Below, piece by piece: positions 48,080 to 57,343 of a DNA stretch of 64,000 bases. Made by a program: the position numbers and the translations under genes. The first letter of the stretch is position 1, and each line of letters begins with the position of its first letter. The notes under the pieces are model-generated. The model was not told the DNA's origin. It saw nothing but the letters and a program-made list of their open reading frames with translations, and ran no database searches. The DNA lies in the IMG/VR virus record IMGVR_UViG_3300027996_002186, positions 62,001 through 126,000 of that record; one strand, written 5' to 3'.

Positions 48080-50922
48080 TTTTCTAAATAACCTTTTGCT
48101 TTATCAACTGATATATCACCATAAGCATTTTGTGTTGCTGATGTTGGTAGTAAGTATTGTTCACCGGAACCTTCACCTTCTTTTACATAAAATGTGTATA
48201 AATCTTCTATCTTGCCTAAGTCAACTTCTTCTGTTTTCAGTTCTGAGGAACGTTCTTTAAGAGTAGTTAAATTAATAGATTTCAATTTTAAATTGATACC
48301 TTCTTTTAAGAGACCACCTTTAGCATCGAATAATTTATTAGATATTCTAGCATAATGTATAGTAGAGTCATTATCATTTAATGATGATGATAAGTCACCT
48401 TTCATACCCTTAACATTTTCACCTTTAATATATTTACTGATGTATCCAAATGTTTTTGAATATTTCAAATAAGTAAAATCACTATCACCTGCTATTACTA
48501 TCATAAAATATGAATTATTTAGGTTAAAAATACAACCAGGTTTATCATTTACCTCTTTAGACTTTTTGAACTCAGCTATTATATTACCTTTTGTTTCATC
48601 AGCAACTTCAGCATTTCCTTCAACCTCTTTTCCACCCGTATAATCTAATTTATTTGAATCAACATCAACTTTGAAGTATTTGCTGATAAATTTATGTTGT
48701 GCGCCACCACCTTTTCCACCCGAGGACCTGTATAAAGTATCTCCGTCTAACATATCGTTCATAAATTTGAGTAGTACTTTACCACCACCTTCTACTCTAC
48801 CACTTTTCTTACCTTTATCACTAATTGATGTTGGTGAAACATTTACCCTATCATCTGCTTTACCAACTTGTATAATAGTCGATTCATCGAATAAAACTGT
48901 ATATTTTGAATCCTTTATTATATCAAGAACAGCATCTTCCCATTTGGTGAATATTCTTATGTTTCTATAAGGGCCCATTCCAACTTTAAATCCACTTGAT
49001 TCAGTATTAACCTCAGGAGATCCACTACCTATATACTCATACTCTCTGAATTTTTTATTAGATACTTTACCACCACTTCTACCCGTTGGTATTGTCTGTG
49101 ATGTGTGTAATTTATAAGCTCTGTTAAATATCTTAACAATTTCTAGTATAGGATCAATACCGTTTATTTTATATGTAGTACCCTCTTTCTCCATTTTTAC
49201 CAACCTCTGTTCCAGATTTTTAGCATCTTGTTCGGTAACAGACCATTTTCTCAAATATTCTTCACTGAAAAATTTATTCCATGGTATGGATAAATCATAT
49301 CTATTCTCTTTTTCGATAGATTGATCCTCTTTTGAAACATCTCCAGATGGTTTATCTTTTGTTGTATCATCAACCACATCTTCACCTTCCGCTTCAAATA
49401 TTTTTCTGAAACTTTTATATCTTAATAACTTACCTTCGTTTTTCTCTACCTTATCCTCTGGTTTTTCATTTTCTGTAACCTCTGGCTCCTGTTCTAAAAT
49501 AGCACTCATTGTTTCATTAAATGATTTTATTGAATTTTTCAATGCACCATCTATATCTTTCCCCCATTCATCAATTTCGGTTAAATCTCCTGATTTTGAA
49601 ACACTATATAAATTTTTAATATGATTACCAAGTGCCTCACTACCGGATAATAAACTATCTAAATTTTCTGATACTGATGTTTTCTTAATATGATCATATA
49701 GGTTTTTAACAGAAGCATATTTTTGCATCATTTCCGCGTTACCAGCTGATAATTTATTTTTATTGTCATCAGACATTTTATCATAACTTGATATCAATCC
49801 TTGTAATTCTACTAGATTATTAGGATCTTCATTCATAAAATTAAATAATGCCTTTGTAGCATTTAGAATAGGTATATTATCTTGCTTTTTATCATCAGTT
49901 CCCTCATTTAGTGAGAATTTTCTAAAACTATCGTTCATAGACTCGGCATATAATTCGGTATCTGGTACTTTATTCCATGTTTCAGCTTTAGCAACAGATT
50001 TTAGAAAACTTTCTCCTTCTTTGGATTTTTTGAAATCCTCCATAGTACCAGAATTTCCTTTTTCTGACCAAATTTTGTAAGCAACTTCCTGTTTAAATTT
50101 CTTTCTAGTATGTTCTCCTGGTTTAAGATTAGCTCCCTTACCAAGAGCTTTTTGACTTTTTAGCAACTCAGCTAGTTTTTTCTGATAAAGATCTTCACCT
50201 TTAACTCCCCATTCAAAATGAACCTGTTCGGGTTCTTCAACTTCTTTTGGAGCTGGTAATGACCTTACTGATTTAATCTTCTTAAAAGACTCTAATATAC
50301 TAGATATGGATTTTATATTTGCCATATAAAGTTGATAAGGTATTTTTTCACCATCAGTTTCCTCACCATCAGTTTCCTCATCATCAGTTTCCTCATCATC
50401 AGTTTCCTCATCATCAGTTTCCTCCATTTCTTTAAGTTCTGCTAAAAATTCAGTTAACTTTTCTAAAACTTCTTGTCTATCACCTTCACTTTCATCAGAG
50501 TATAATACCACTTCTGTTATTGCATAAATAGTTTCAGTTGTAACTCTTATTATTTCATCTAAATGATTTTTACCTTCCGCTTCAGGTTCTTTTATTGCTT
50601 TTATTAATTTCCCTATTAAAATAGAAATAGACAACATATCAATTTCTTTATTTGTTGCTTCATCAATCTCAGCTCCGTTTAATTTAGCAGTATCTACTAA
50701 ATAATCAAATTGTGTTTTTAGTCTTTTAATAACAGAGTCTATTCTAACTAAATCTATTCCTATTTGAGCCTTTCTAGCAAATGAGTGTAACATTCTTCCT
50801 AATAATGAGTCTCCCCATGCTATATCATTGGCGAATGGTCCTGCTCCTGAAACAACAGCTTCGTTAACGACTTTATATTTTGCTGACTTTAAGTATTCAG
50901 TTCTACTTGATAGATACTTCAT
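48076..50922 (-). CDS. Large putative internal virion protein
   Basis: 948 aa; N-terminal MKYLSSRTEYL...VNE and internal tag-like segments (FRKFSLNE, LLRYKSFRKIFE). Confidence 0.5.
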   Translation of the reverse strand: MKYLSSRTEYLKSAKYKVVNEAVVSGAGPFANDIAWGDSLLGRMLHSFARKAQIGIDLVRIDSVIKRLKTQFDYLVDTAKLNGAEIDEATNKEIDMLSISILIGKLIKAIKEPEAEGKNHLDEIIRVTTETIYAITEVVLYSDESEGDRQEVLEKLTEFLAELKEMEETDDEETDDEETDDEETDGEETDGEKIPYQLYMANIKSISSILESFKKIKSVRSLPAPKEVEEPEQVHFEWGVKGEDLYQKKLAELLKSQKALGKGANLKPGEHTRKKFKQEVAYKIWSEKGNSGTMEDFKKSKEGESFLKSVAKAETWNKVPDTELYAESMNDSFRKFSLNEGTDDKKQDNIPILNATKALFNFMNEDPNNLVELQGLISSYDKMSDDNKNKLSAGNAEMMQKYASVKNLYDHIKKTSVSENLDSLLSGSEALGNHIKNLYSVSKSGDLTEIDEWGKDIDGALKNSIKSFNETMSAILEQEPEVTENEKPEDKVEKNEGKLLRYKSFRKIFEAEGEDVVDDTTKDKPSGDVSKEDQSIEKENRYDLSIPWNKFFSEEYLRKWSVTEQDAKNLEQRLVKMEKEGTTYKINGIDPILEIVKIFNRAYKLHTSQTIPTGRSGGKVSNKKFREYEYIGSGSPEVNTESSGFKVGMGPYRNIRIFTKWEDAVLDIIKDSKYTVLFDESTIIQVGKADDRVNVSPTSISDKGKKSGRVEGGGKVLLKFMNDMLDGDTLYRSSGGKGGGAQHKFISKYFKVDVDSNKLDYTGGKEVEGNAEVADETKGNIIAEFKKSKEVNDKPGCIFNLNNSYFMIVIAGDSDFTYLKYSKTFGYISKYIKGENVKGMKGDLSSSLNDNDSTIHYARISNKLFDAKGGLLKEGINLKLKSINLTTLKERSSELKTEEVDLGKIEDLYTFYVKEGEGSGEQYLLPTSATQNAYGDISVDKAKGYLEK
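50348..50422. repeat. 15-bp tandem repeat x5 (encodes ETD[D/G]E)
   Basis: tca(c/t)catcagtttcc repeated five times. Confidence 0.9.
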
Positions 50923-50998
50923 AAAAGAGTATTATTTTTTATTATATATTATTTCTACATACTCTATTTTTATTTTTATTGATATTTATCTATAAAAA

Positions 50999-51111
50999 TT
51001 AGGTTTATCAATATATAATTACTATATTGTGTATAGAAACAATAATAATGAATTAATAATAAAGAAAAGTAATAAAAAATTAGGTTACTTGGTATATTAT
51101 CCTTATATTGT
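50999..51111 (+). promoter_or_regulatory. Two tandem early-type promoters TTAG-N20-TATATTG
   Basis: TTAG 50999 / TATATTG 51023 and TTAG 51080 / TATATTG 51104, both with 20-nt spacers, upstream of ORF 51141. Confidence 0.55.
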
Positions 51112-51140
51112 ATTATAATCATTAAATAAAACAAACCACT

Positions 51141-51494
51141 ATGAAAAACAACATAATTTGCATCGACCTTACTAAATTCAACAACGAGAAACTTAAAGAA
51201 GTTTCTAATGAATTAAACTTATCTTATGATATTGTTTTAAACAATAAGAAAAAGGGATTCGCTAAAATTTACTTAAAAGGTATTGAAGTTATAGCATTCA
51301 CAACTAAGAAAGATAAAGGAAACATAATCTTTATGGAATCTTTCAAACTTGGATTATTATTTATGGATTCTTTCGAATTAACTGATGAGCCAATTCAGTT
51401 CGAATTAGATTCAGTTTTAGAAAAAATCACAAAGTATGGAATTGATTCTTTGAGTAAAAAAGAGAAATATTACCTTGATAACCTTTCAAAATAA
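51141..51494 (+). CDS. Early hypothetical protein with DUF6576-like C-terminus
   Basis: LDSVLEKITKYGIDSLSKKEKYYLD; stand-alone unit with its own promoters and terminator. Confidence 0.6.
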   Translation: MKNNIICIDLTKFNNEKLKEVSNELNLSYDIVLNNKKKGFAKIYLKGIEVIAFTTKKDKGNIIFMESFKLGLLFMDSFELTDEPIQFELDSVLEKITKYGIDSLSKKEKYYLDNLSK

Positions 51495-51523
51495 GGAAAA
51501 AAACAGGAAATAGTTAATATATT

Positions 51524-51551
51524 AAAAAACCGGGATATTTCCCGGTTTTTT
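51524..51551 (+). terminator. Rho-independent terminator
   Basis: A6-CCGGGA-tatt-TCCCGG-T6. Confidence 0.85.
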
Positions 51552-51663
51552 AATTTTAAATAATTTTTTTTATTTACATAGTCGATTTTATTAAAAAAAA
51601 GAGGGCGGTATAATTTTCTATAAAAAATGTCGAATATATAAAGATGTAAATAATTATTAAATT

Positions 51664-51963
51664 ATGAATTTTCAAGAACTAAAGTATAACGGTAAGACTT
51701 ATACAGAATACAATCAAATCATTAAAATTATTAAAGAAGAAGGATTCTATTGGTTAATAGACTCCGAGACTGATGGTGCTATTTTAGAAATAGAGAATAA
51801 CACTCTTATATGGCACGAAGGTATTTATATGGTTGGTGATTGGGAATATGGTATATTCAAAAATGGAGGTTTCTACGGCAATTGGAAAAATGGTATCTGG
51901 GAGGATGGATATTTTAAGGGCAATTGGGAAAGTGGAATAAATTTATCAAAAAATAATGTTTAG
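51664..51963 (+). CDS. Hypothetical protein with W/F-x-x-G repeats
   Basis: WHEG..WEYGIFKNGGFYGNWKNGIWEDGYFKGNWESG. Confidence 0.6.
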   Translation: MNFQELKYNGKTYTEYNQIIKIIKEEGFYWLIDSETDGAILEIENNTLIWHEGIYMVGDWEYGIFKNGGFYGNWKNGIWEDGYFKGNWESGINLSKNNV

Positions 51964-52420
51964 TATTATGAGAAGAAAAAAAGATTTACTTAAAGAATTA
52001 TCAGAAATGACTTATGTTAATGATAAAGTTGTGATTAATAAAGATAGTGGTGGGTGGTTTTTTGAAATTGGTAAAGAAGTAACAACTGATGTCGCTGAAG
52101 CGGCGGTTATTCTTATGAGAGATTTTGGTTATAATCACCCAGTTTGGGAAACCGATATTATTGATGTTGAAATTGAGGAGCTAACACCTGAGAAAAGTTT
52201 GTTTTGGTTAACAGGTGGTTATAAGGAGTGGAGAAGTTTAGAACATTATAATAGACCTTGGTGTGATTGTTATTTAGACTTTCAGGAAGAATTTGGATTT
52301 TTGATTATAAATATTGTTAAAAAGGCTAATACGATGGGAGATATTAGAGATGGTTTTATTAGATATTTGAATTTGCCTGTCTTGTATGACTTTGCTATTG
52401 GTAAAGATTTTGTGAAATAA
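51956..52420 (+). CDS. Hypothetical protein
   Basis: 154-aa ORF; the start may be at 51968. Confidence 0.55.
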   Translation: MFSIMRRKKDLLKELSEMTYVNDKVVINKDSGGWFFEIGKEVTTDVAEAAVILMRDFGYNHPVWETDIIDVEIEELTPEKSLFWLTGGYKEWRSLEHYNRPWCDCYLDFQEEFGFLIINIVKKANTMGDIRDGFIRYLNLPVLYDFAIGKDFVK

Positions 52421-52423
52421 TAT

Positions 52424-52457
52424 AAAAACCCATCAATTTGATGGGTTTTCTTTTTTT
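52424..52457 (+). terminator. Rho-independent terminator
   Basis: A5-CCCATCAA-t-TTGATGGG followed by a T-rich tail. Confidence 0.8.
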
Positions 52458-52468
52458 ATATATACAAT

Positions 52469-52705
52469 ATGGAATATAAAAGTGTATGTAGAAACCCTTG
52501 GTGTAAAGCACATTTTATCTATAACGATATTGATATACAAGATATTGATGGTAAGAAATTATCACCAAGTCAGTGTAAAAAGTGTGAAAGTTTTGATAGT
52601 GAATTGAGTGGTGGTGTTACTTGGACGGATAAAGAATATGAAGGGCCTCGGGATGATGGAAAACCTCATGAGATGAGCTATAAAGTAACAAATTTTAAAT
52701 TATAA
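52469..52705 (+). CDS. Small Zn-ribbon protein
   Basis: CRNPWC...CKKC. Confidence 0.55.
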   Translation: MEYKSVCRNPWCKAHFIYNDIDIQDIDGKKLSPSQCKKCESFDSELSGGVTWTDKEYEGPRDDGKPHEMSYKVTNFKL

Positions 52706-52706
52706 T

Positions 52707-53558
52707 ATGGGTGCTCATTTTTTCGATATAGATGTATTAGTTGATGTTAATAGTAAGGTTTGGGTTATATCTAAGATAAAACCAGATATTCCTGTTATTA
52801 AAATTTCAAAACATGAATTTAAACTCATAAAAAGGGGCATTTATAAGAAATATAAACAAAACCTTAATATAGGAGGAAAATCATATTGGTTACCAGAAGA
52901 TTTAATGAATAACCTAAAGGTTAGGTGTAAAAATTTAAAATGTGATATAACAGATTTATCATTTTCGATGCAAGAATTTATGAACCCGTTAGTTATAGAT
53001 CACTTAGAATTTAAGGTACTGGTTGAACACTTTCAACAATTGAAAAATACTAAGGATGATATTTATATTATTTGTTCAAAGAACACAGAAAAGAATTATA
53101 AAAAAGTAGTTGATACGTTAATAGAAAAAATGGCTGATTTTGGTTTGGTTATTAAGGATTTCTATTATTTATCAGAAACATTCTATAATAGAGATAAAGA
53201 TAATATATCACATACTAAAGTTAAGTTACTATTACAACACTTGATTGGTTATAGAAGCGAGAGTGATAAATTTATCGATGAGGAAATAACACAATATGAT
53301 AGAGTTTATTTTTATGATGATGACTCTAGTGTGATTTCATTGGCTAATGATTGTAACAAAACATTCGATTTCATTGTTTCAAACACAGAAGATTCAATAA
53401 AATCTAACATAAAAGATGTTGTTAAAGAGGATGATAAAATAATTATTGTTAATAAAGTAACAAATAATAAAGTAAATCCTTTTATAACCAAGGAGGTTTT
53501 AATAGAATGGAGTAATATAAAGAAAACTTTCGAGAGTTTTATCTACAAAAGAGATTAA
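52707..53558 (+). CDS. Divergent HAD-like protein
   Basis: FFDIDV at the N-terminus, IICS, and FYDDD. Confidence 0.45.
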   Translation: MGAHFFDIDVLVDVNSKVWVISKIKPDIPVIKISKHEFKLIKRGIYKKYKQNLNIGGKSYWLPEDLMNNLKVRCKNLKCDITDLSFSMQEFMNPLVIDHLEFKVLVEHFQQLKNTKDDIYIICSKNTEKNYKKVVDTLIEKMADFGLVIKDFYYLSETFYNRDKDNISHTKVKLLLQHLIGYRSESDKFIDEEITQYDRVYFYDDDSSVISLANDCNKTFDFIVSNTEDSIKSNIKDVVKEDDKIIIVNKVTNNKVNPFITKEVLIEWSNIKKTFESFIYKRD

Positions 53559-54209
53559 TTATTTCTTTTTCTTATCTTCTTCTTTACCGGTCATCGCCCT
53601 TTTAATTAAATCATTCAATTTTCTATTATCCATTACTTCACCACCTTCATCCTTTACTCCTTCATCGGCAGCGTGAGCGACTTGTGATTTAAGAACATCT
53701 GGACTTTCAATATCATTCAAGCCTAAATCGCTTCTTAGTGTTTTGTAGAATTTTTCAAGATCTGTTCTTTGTGTTGATAGAAATTTAGAATTTTCTCTTA
53801 TCTGACCAATTGTTTGATTGACAACTTCGTGCATTCTAGCTGAGTTATCACCGTTATCTACCTGCCTTAGTTGATTTAAGAAGTTTTTACGAGTCATTTT
53901 AGAAAGAAATATAGCCTCGGCATAAACTAAAGCATCTTCCCTCATTTTTGTTTTTATGTATGAGTGTTCTTTTAATTGTGGTACATCACTTAGATATAAA
54001 TCTACAAGTGACTCTAAGACTTCCATTGATTGTTGTGATGAAACACTTAAATCTGAATCGTAATCATATATCTCTATTTCTCCTAGATCTGGTAAGTCCT
54101 CGGGTTTAGCTAAGTGGTCAGATATATCAAAATTGAAATCATTACTTTCTGACTGAATTTGGTCAAATTCATCTTGTAATCTATTTCTTTCATTCTCACT
54201 TTTAGACAT
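53559..54209 (-). CDS. Hypothetical protein, possible terminase small subunit
   Basis: Helical; SARMHEVV and C-terminal MDNRKLNDLIK resemble gp16-type features; divergent from the large terminase gene. Confidence 0.4.
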   Translation of the reverse strand: MSKSENERNRLQDEFDQIQSESNDFNFDISDHLAKPEDLPDLGEIEIYDYDSDLSVSSQQSMEVLESLVDLYLSDVPQLKEHSYIKTKMREDALVYAEAIFLSKMTRKNFLNQLRQVDNGDNSARMHEVVNQTIGQIRENSKFLSTQRTDLEKFYKTLRSDLGLNDIESPDVLKSQVAHAADEGVKDEGGEVMDNRKLNDLIKRAMTGKEEDKKKK

Positions 54210-54254
54210 AGAGGTGGTTTTTTACAATATATATAAAAAAAATATGCTTTCTTT

Positions 54255-56387
54255 ATGGCTAAGGAACAAGTACAGAGACAAATGATATTCACAACCATTC
54301 TGGTTGATGATGCTACTGATAAAATAAATGATGGTGTTGTTGTTAAGAGATACCAGAACCCTTGGCTAAAAAGTGAAGTTGGTTTAAGAAGAGCTGGTGT
54401 TACTTTTAAGATGACTACTACTGAACAACAAGAGTATATTAGATGTGCTTTGGATGTTCACTATTTCACTGAAAAATATTGTAAGGTTAAAACAGAGGAC
54501 GGTAGTGTAGGTAATATAAAACTTCGAGATTATCAAAAAGATATGATGGATAATTTTGTTAATAATAGATTTAATATATTAATGGCATCCAGGCAGGTCG
54601 GTAAGACTATATCATCCTCTATTTTTATGTTACATACAATTTTATTTAATAATGATAAGAATGTGATGATAGTTGCGAATAAAGGTGATACTGCGGTTGA
54701 GATTGTTGATAAGATGAAATCTATTTATACTTTATTACCTTTCTTTCTAAAGCCTGGTATAAAAACCTGGAACCAGAAATCATTAACATTTGAGAATGGG
54801 TGTAGGATAAAGACATCTGCTAGAACAAAGACACCTGCGATTGGTTTTACTATTGATGTTTTATATCTTGATGAGTTTGCTCATATACCATCCAATATTA
54901 TAGAACCATACTACACGGCTGTATTTCCAACTGTATCAGCAATTAAGAATTCTAAGATTATAATAACATCAACACCCAATGGTATGAACTTATTCCATAA
55001 ATTACTTACTGATGGTGAGAGACCAGATGGTGATCCTAGAAGGAATAACTTTAAAGCTCATAGGGTTTATTGGTATCAAGTACCGGGTAGGTTTGTTACT
55101 TATGTTAGATTGAATGATCATAAATTATATGAACAGGGTATTGATAAGGAATATATTTTAAAATTTCTTCAAGAAAACCTTGGTGATATTACTAAAGTTG
55201 ATATGTCTTATAATATTGATTTACAAAAAAATATTATAAGTGTACTTAATAATGATAAATGCTCTGATGATGATATTAGATCATTGATGATAGTAAATTC
55301 AAAGGACGAGGAGATTCCTTTATTTTCTGTTGCTGAGTTAACAACTTGGAAAGAAGAAGCTATTAAGGATATTGGTGGAGAAGATGCTTTTAACCAAGAG
55401 TACGGTTTGAGATTTATCAATGCTAGTAAATCTCTATTAAATGAGTCTATTATAGATGATTTATTAAAGTCTAAGAAAAATTATATTCATGAGGAAATTT
55501 CAGAATTTGAAAAACTTAGATTTAGTTATAATGAATTAAGATGGGTTGATGATGATGTTTACCTACCATTAATGAGAAAGGATTATAAAATTGTATTATC
55601 TGTGGATATCGCCGAGGGTTTAGGACAAGATTATTCAATAATAAATATATTCAGAGTTAATAATAAGACAAAGGAAGTCATAGATAACCAAAAGGCAGCA
55701 TATACATCAATTGTTGATTTCTTTAAATTAGAACAAATAGGTATATATAGGAGTAATTTAGTATCTGTTAAGCAATTGGCTGAGATTTTATATCTTATTG
55801 CCTTTGAGTATTTTAATCCAGATAATGTTAAAGTTGTTTTAGAATTAAATAATTATGGCAATACATTATTAGCTGAGCTACCACATGTTTTTGAGGGTAA
55901 TAATGATTATGGTTCTTCTATTTTTGTTAGATATAAACATAGAGCTGATGCTAACGAAGAGAAGGTTGGGTTAAAAGTTGGAGAAAATAAAAATTTATTG
56001 GTTAAGGATTATCAAGACTTAATGATATCTAAGGGATTCTCAATTAATAATGAGGAAACAATTAGAGAGATAACAACCTTTGTTAAACACACAACAACTG
56101 CTGGTAATACCAGATATGCTGCTGATGTAGGTCATGATGATTGCGTTATGACTATTGTTAACTCAACATCTATATTTAAAAAGAGTGAATTTCGTGAAAT
56201 GGTTGAGGAATGGTCGAGTAAATTTACAGATAGAGATCTTATGTCTTATATAAATGGGTGCTTGAAAAACTTTGATTATGTTGAGGGTGTGGATTATGGA
56301 CAAGTACTAAAGGTTAGAAGAAATTTCCAAAATCGTAATAAGAATACTGGATTAGATAATAACATTGGTACTTGGTTTGGTCAATAA
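54255..56387 (+). CDS. Terminase large subunit (T4 gp17-like)
   Basis: LRDYQ, ASRQVGKT (Walker A), LYLDEFA (Walker B), ITSTPNG, VDIAEGLGQDYS, HDDCVM. Confidence 0.95.
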   Translation: MAKEQVQRQMIFTTILVDDATDKINDGVVVKRYQNPWLKSEVGLRRAGVTFKMTTTEQQEYIRCALDVHYFTEKYCKVKTEDGSVGNIKLRDYQKDMMDNFVNNRFNILMASRQVGKTISSSIFMLHTILFNNDKNVMIVANKGDTAVEIVDKMKSIYTLLPFFLKPGIKTWNQKSLTFENGCRIKTSARTKTPAIGFTIDVLYLDEFAHIPSNIIEPYYTAVFPTVSAIKNSKIIITSTPNGMNLFHKLLTDGERPDGDPRRNNFKAHRVYWYQVPGRFVTYVRLNDHKLYEQGIDKEYILKFLQENLGDITKVDMSYNIDLQKNIISVLNNDKCSDDDIRSLMIVNSKDEEIPLFSVAELTTWKEEAIKDIGGEDAFNQEYGLRFINASKSLLNESIIDDLLKSKKNYIHEEISEFEKLRFSYNELRWVDDDVYLPLMRKDYKIVLSVDIAEGLGQDYSIINIFRVNNKTKEVIDNQKAAYTSIVDFFKLEQIGIYRSNLVSVKQLAEILYLIAFEYFNPDNVKVVLELNNYGNTLLAELPHVFEGNNDYGSSIFVRYKHRADANEEKVGLKVGENKNLLVKDYQDLMISKGFSINNEETIREITTFVKHTTTAGNTRYAADVGHDDCVMTIVNSTSIFKKSEFREMVEEWSSKFTDRDLMSYINGCLKNFDYVEGVDYGQVLKVRRNFQNRNKNTGLDNNIGTWFGQ

Positions 56388-56392
56388 AAATA

Positions 56393-56674
56393 CTAATTTA
56401 CTTCCATAGTTACTGATAACCCAGCACTTTCCAATTTATCTTTCATTGTTGAAATAGTTTCTAAGTCTCCGTACTTTACATCACAGATTCCTTTGAAGTG
56501 TACAAGATGAGCACATTGATTAGCTTGTTCTTGTTCATGGTCACAAACCTTCATTAAACAAGTGATTACCCAATCAAATGAATTGTGATCATCGTTATGT
56601 AAATCAAGTCTAAATGGTTTAGAAAGTATTTCATCTACCTTAGTCTCACTTTTTTTCTTTGTAATAGTTGCCAT
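56393..56674 (-). CDS. clpS: ClpS adaptor protein
   Basis: LHNDDHNSFDWVITCL...VHFKGICDV...GLSVTME. Confidence 0.85.
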   Translation of the reverse strand: MATITKKKSETKVDEILSKPFRLDLHNDDHNSFDWVITCLMKVCDHEQEQANQCAHLVHFKGICDVKYGDLETISTMKDKLESAGLSVTMEVN

Positions 56675-56699
56675 TTTTATTATTTCCTTTTTGTATATA

Positions 56700-57215
56700 T
56701 TAATATGTATTTGTTATCTTATTTACTATATCAACAACTGTTACCTCACAATCTTGTTCACTAGCCCATTCTCTGAACTTTACAAGGTGTTCGTGTCTAT
56801 CATCATACATGATGAAATTATCACAGTTTGTTTTTTCAATTAATTTTTCGAAAAGTTTGGTTTTGAATTTGAATGTATCTCCACCATCATTTAAGTGAAT
56901 TTCATCAAATGATAAATTGTGTTTATTTAGAATTTTTTCAACATTTCCTCTCATTCCTGGTGATTTTTCTAATCTACCAGTTGCCATTATTATGTAGTTA
57001 TCCTCATCTGATACTGCTTCAAGATATCTTTGATATACCCATTCATTTTTATCAACTTCGAAAACATCATTATCCAAAGATTCCGATTTACCCCACCATC
57101 CAACATATGGCCATGTCATCTCGGTCTTTTTCAACCAAATATCTTTACCTTCAGTCGGCATTGGTGAGTGTACTAATGTACCATCAAAATCGAAACAGTA
57201 TAATGTTTTTGTCAT
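56700..57215 (-). CDS. HAD-family phosphatase (RNA-repair HAD-like)
   Basis: FDFDGTL, WW, ATGR, FK, YDDR. Confidence 0.75.
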   Translation of the reverse strand: MTKTLYCFDFDGTLVHSPMPTEGKDIWLKKTEMTWPYVGWWGKSESLDNDVFEVDKNEWVYQRYLEAVSDEDNYIIMATGRLEKSPGMRGNVEKILNKHNLSFDEIHLNDGGDTFKFKTKLFEKLIEKTNCDNFIMYDDRHEHLVKFREWASEQDCEVTVVDIVNKITNTY

Positions 57216-57254
57216 GTTGTTATATATTTATTTTGTCATGTTGTTATATATTTA
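57207..57254. repeat. 24-bp perfect tandem duplication covering a promoter motif and start codon
   Basis: ttttgtcatgttgttatatattta x2. Confidence 0.9.
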
Positions 57255-57257
57255 ATA

Positions 57258-57289
57258 CAAATATAAGTAAAATCCTTGAATTTTTCAAA
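57258..57289 (-). promoter_or_regulatory. Canonical Bacteroidota promoter TTTG-N20-TATATTTG
   Basis: Minus strand TTTG 57289-57286, 20-nt spacer, TATATTTG 57265-57258, upstream of the HAD-clpS unit. Confidence 0.65.
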
Positions 57290-57343
57290 TAATACAAGGA
57301 GATAATTTGTTAATTTATATATACACCAAAATAAAAAAGTTTT

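Noticed and set aside
50348-50422. CRISPR-like array
   Set aside because: 15-bp in-frame coding repeats with no spacers; no cas genes or repeat-spacer arrays were seen in the window.
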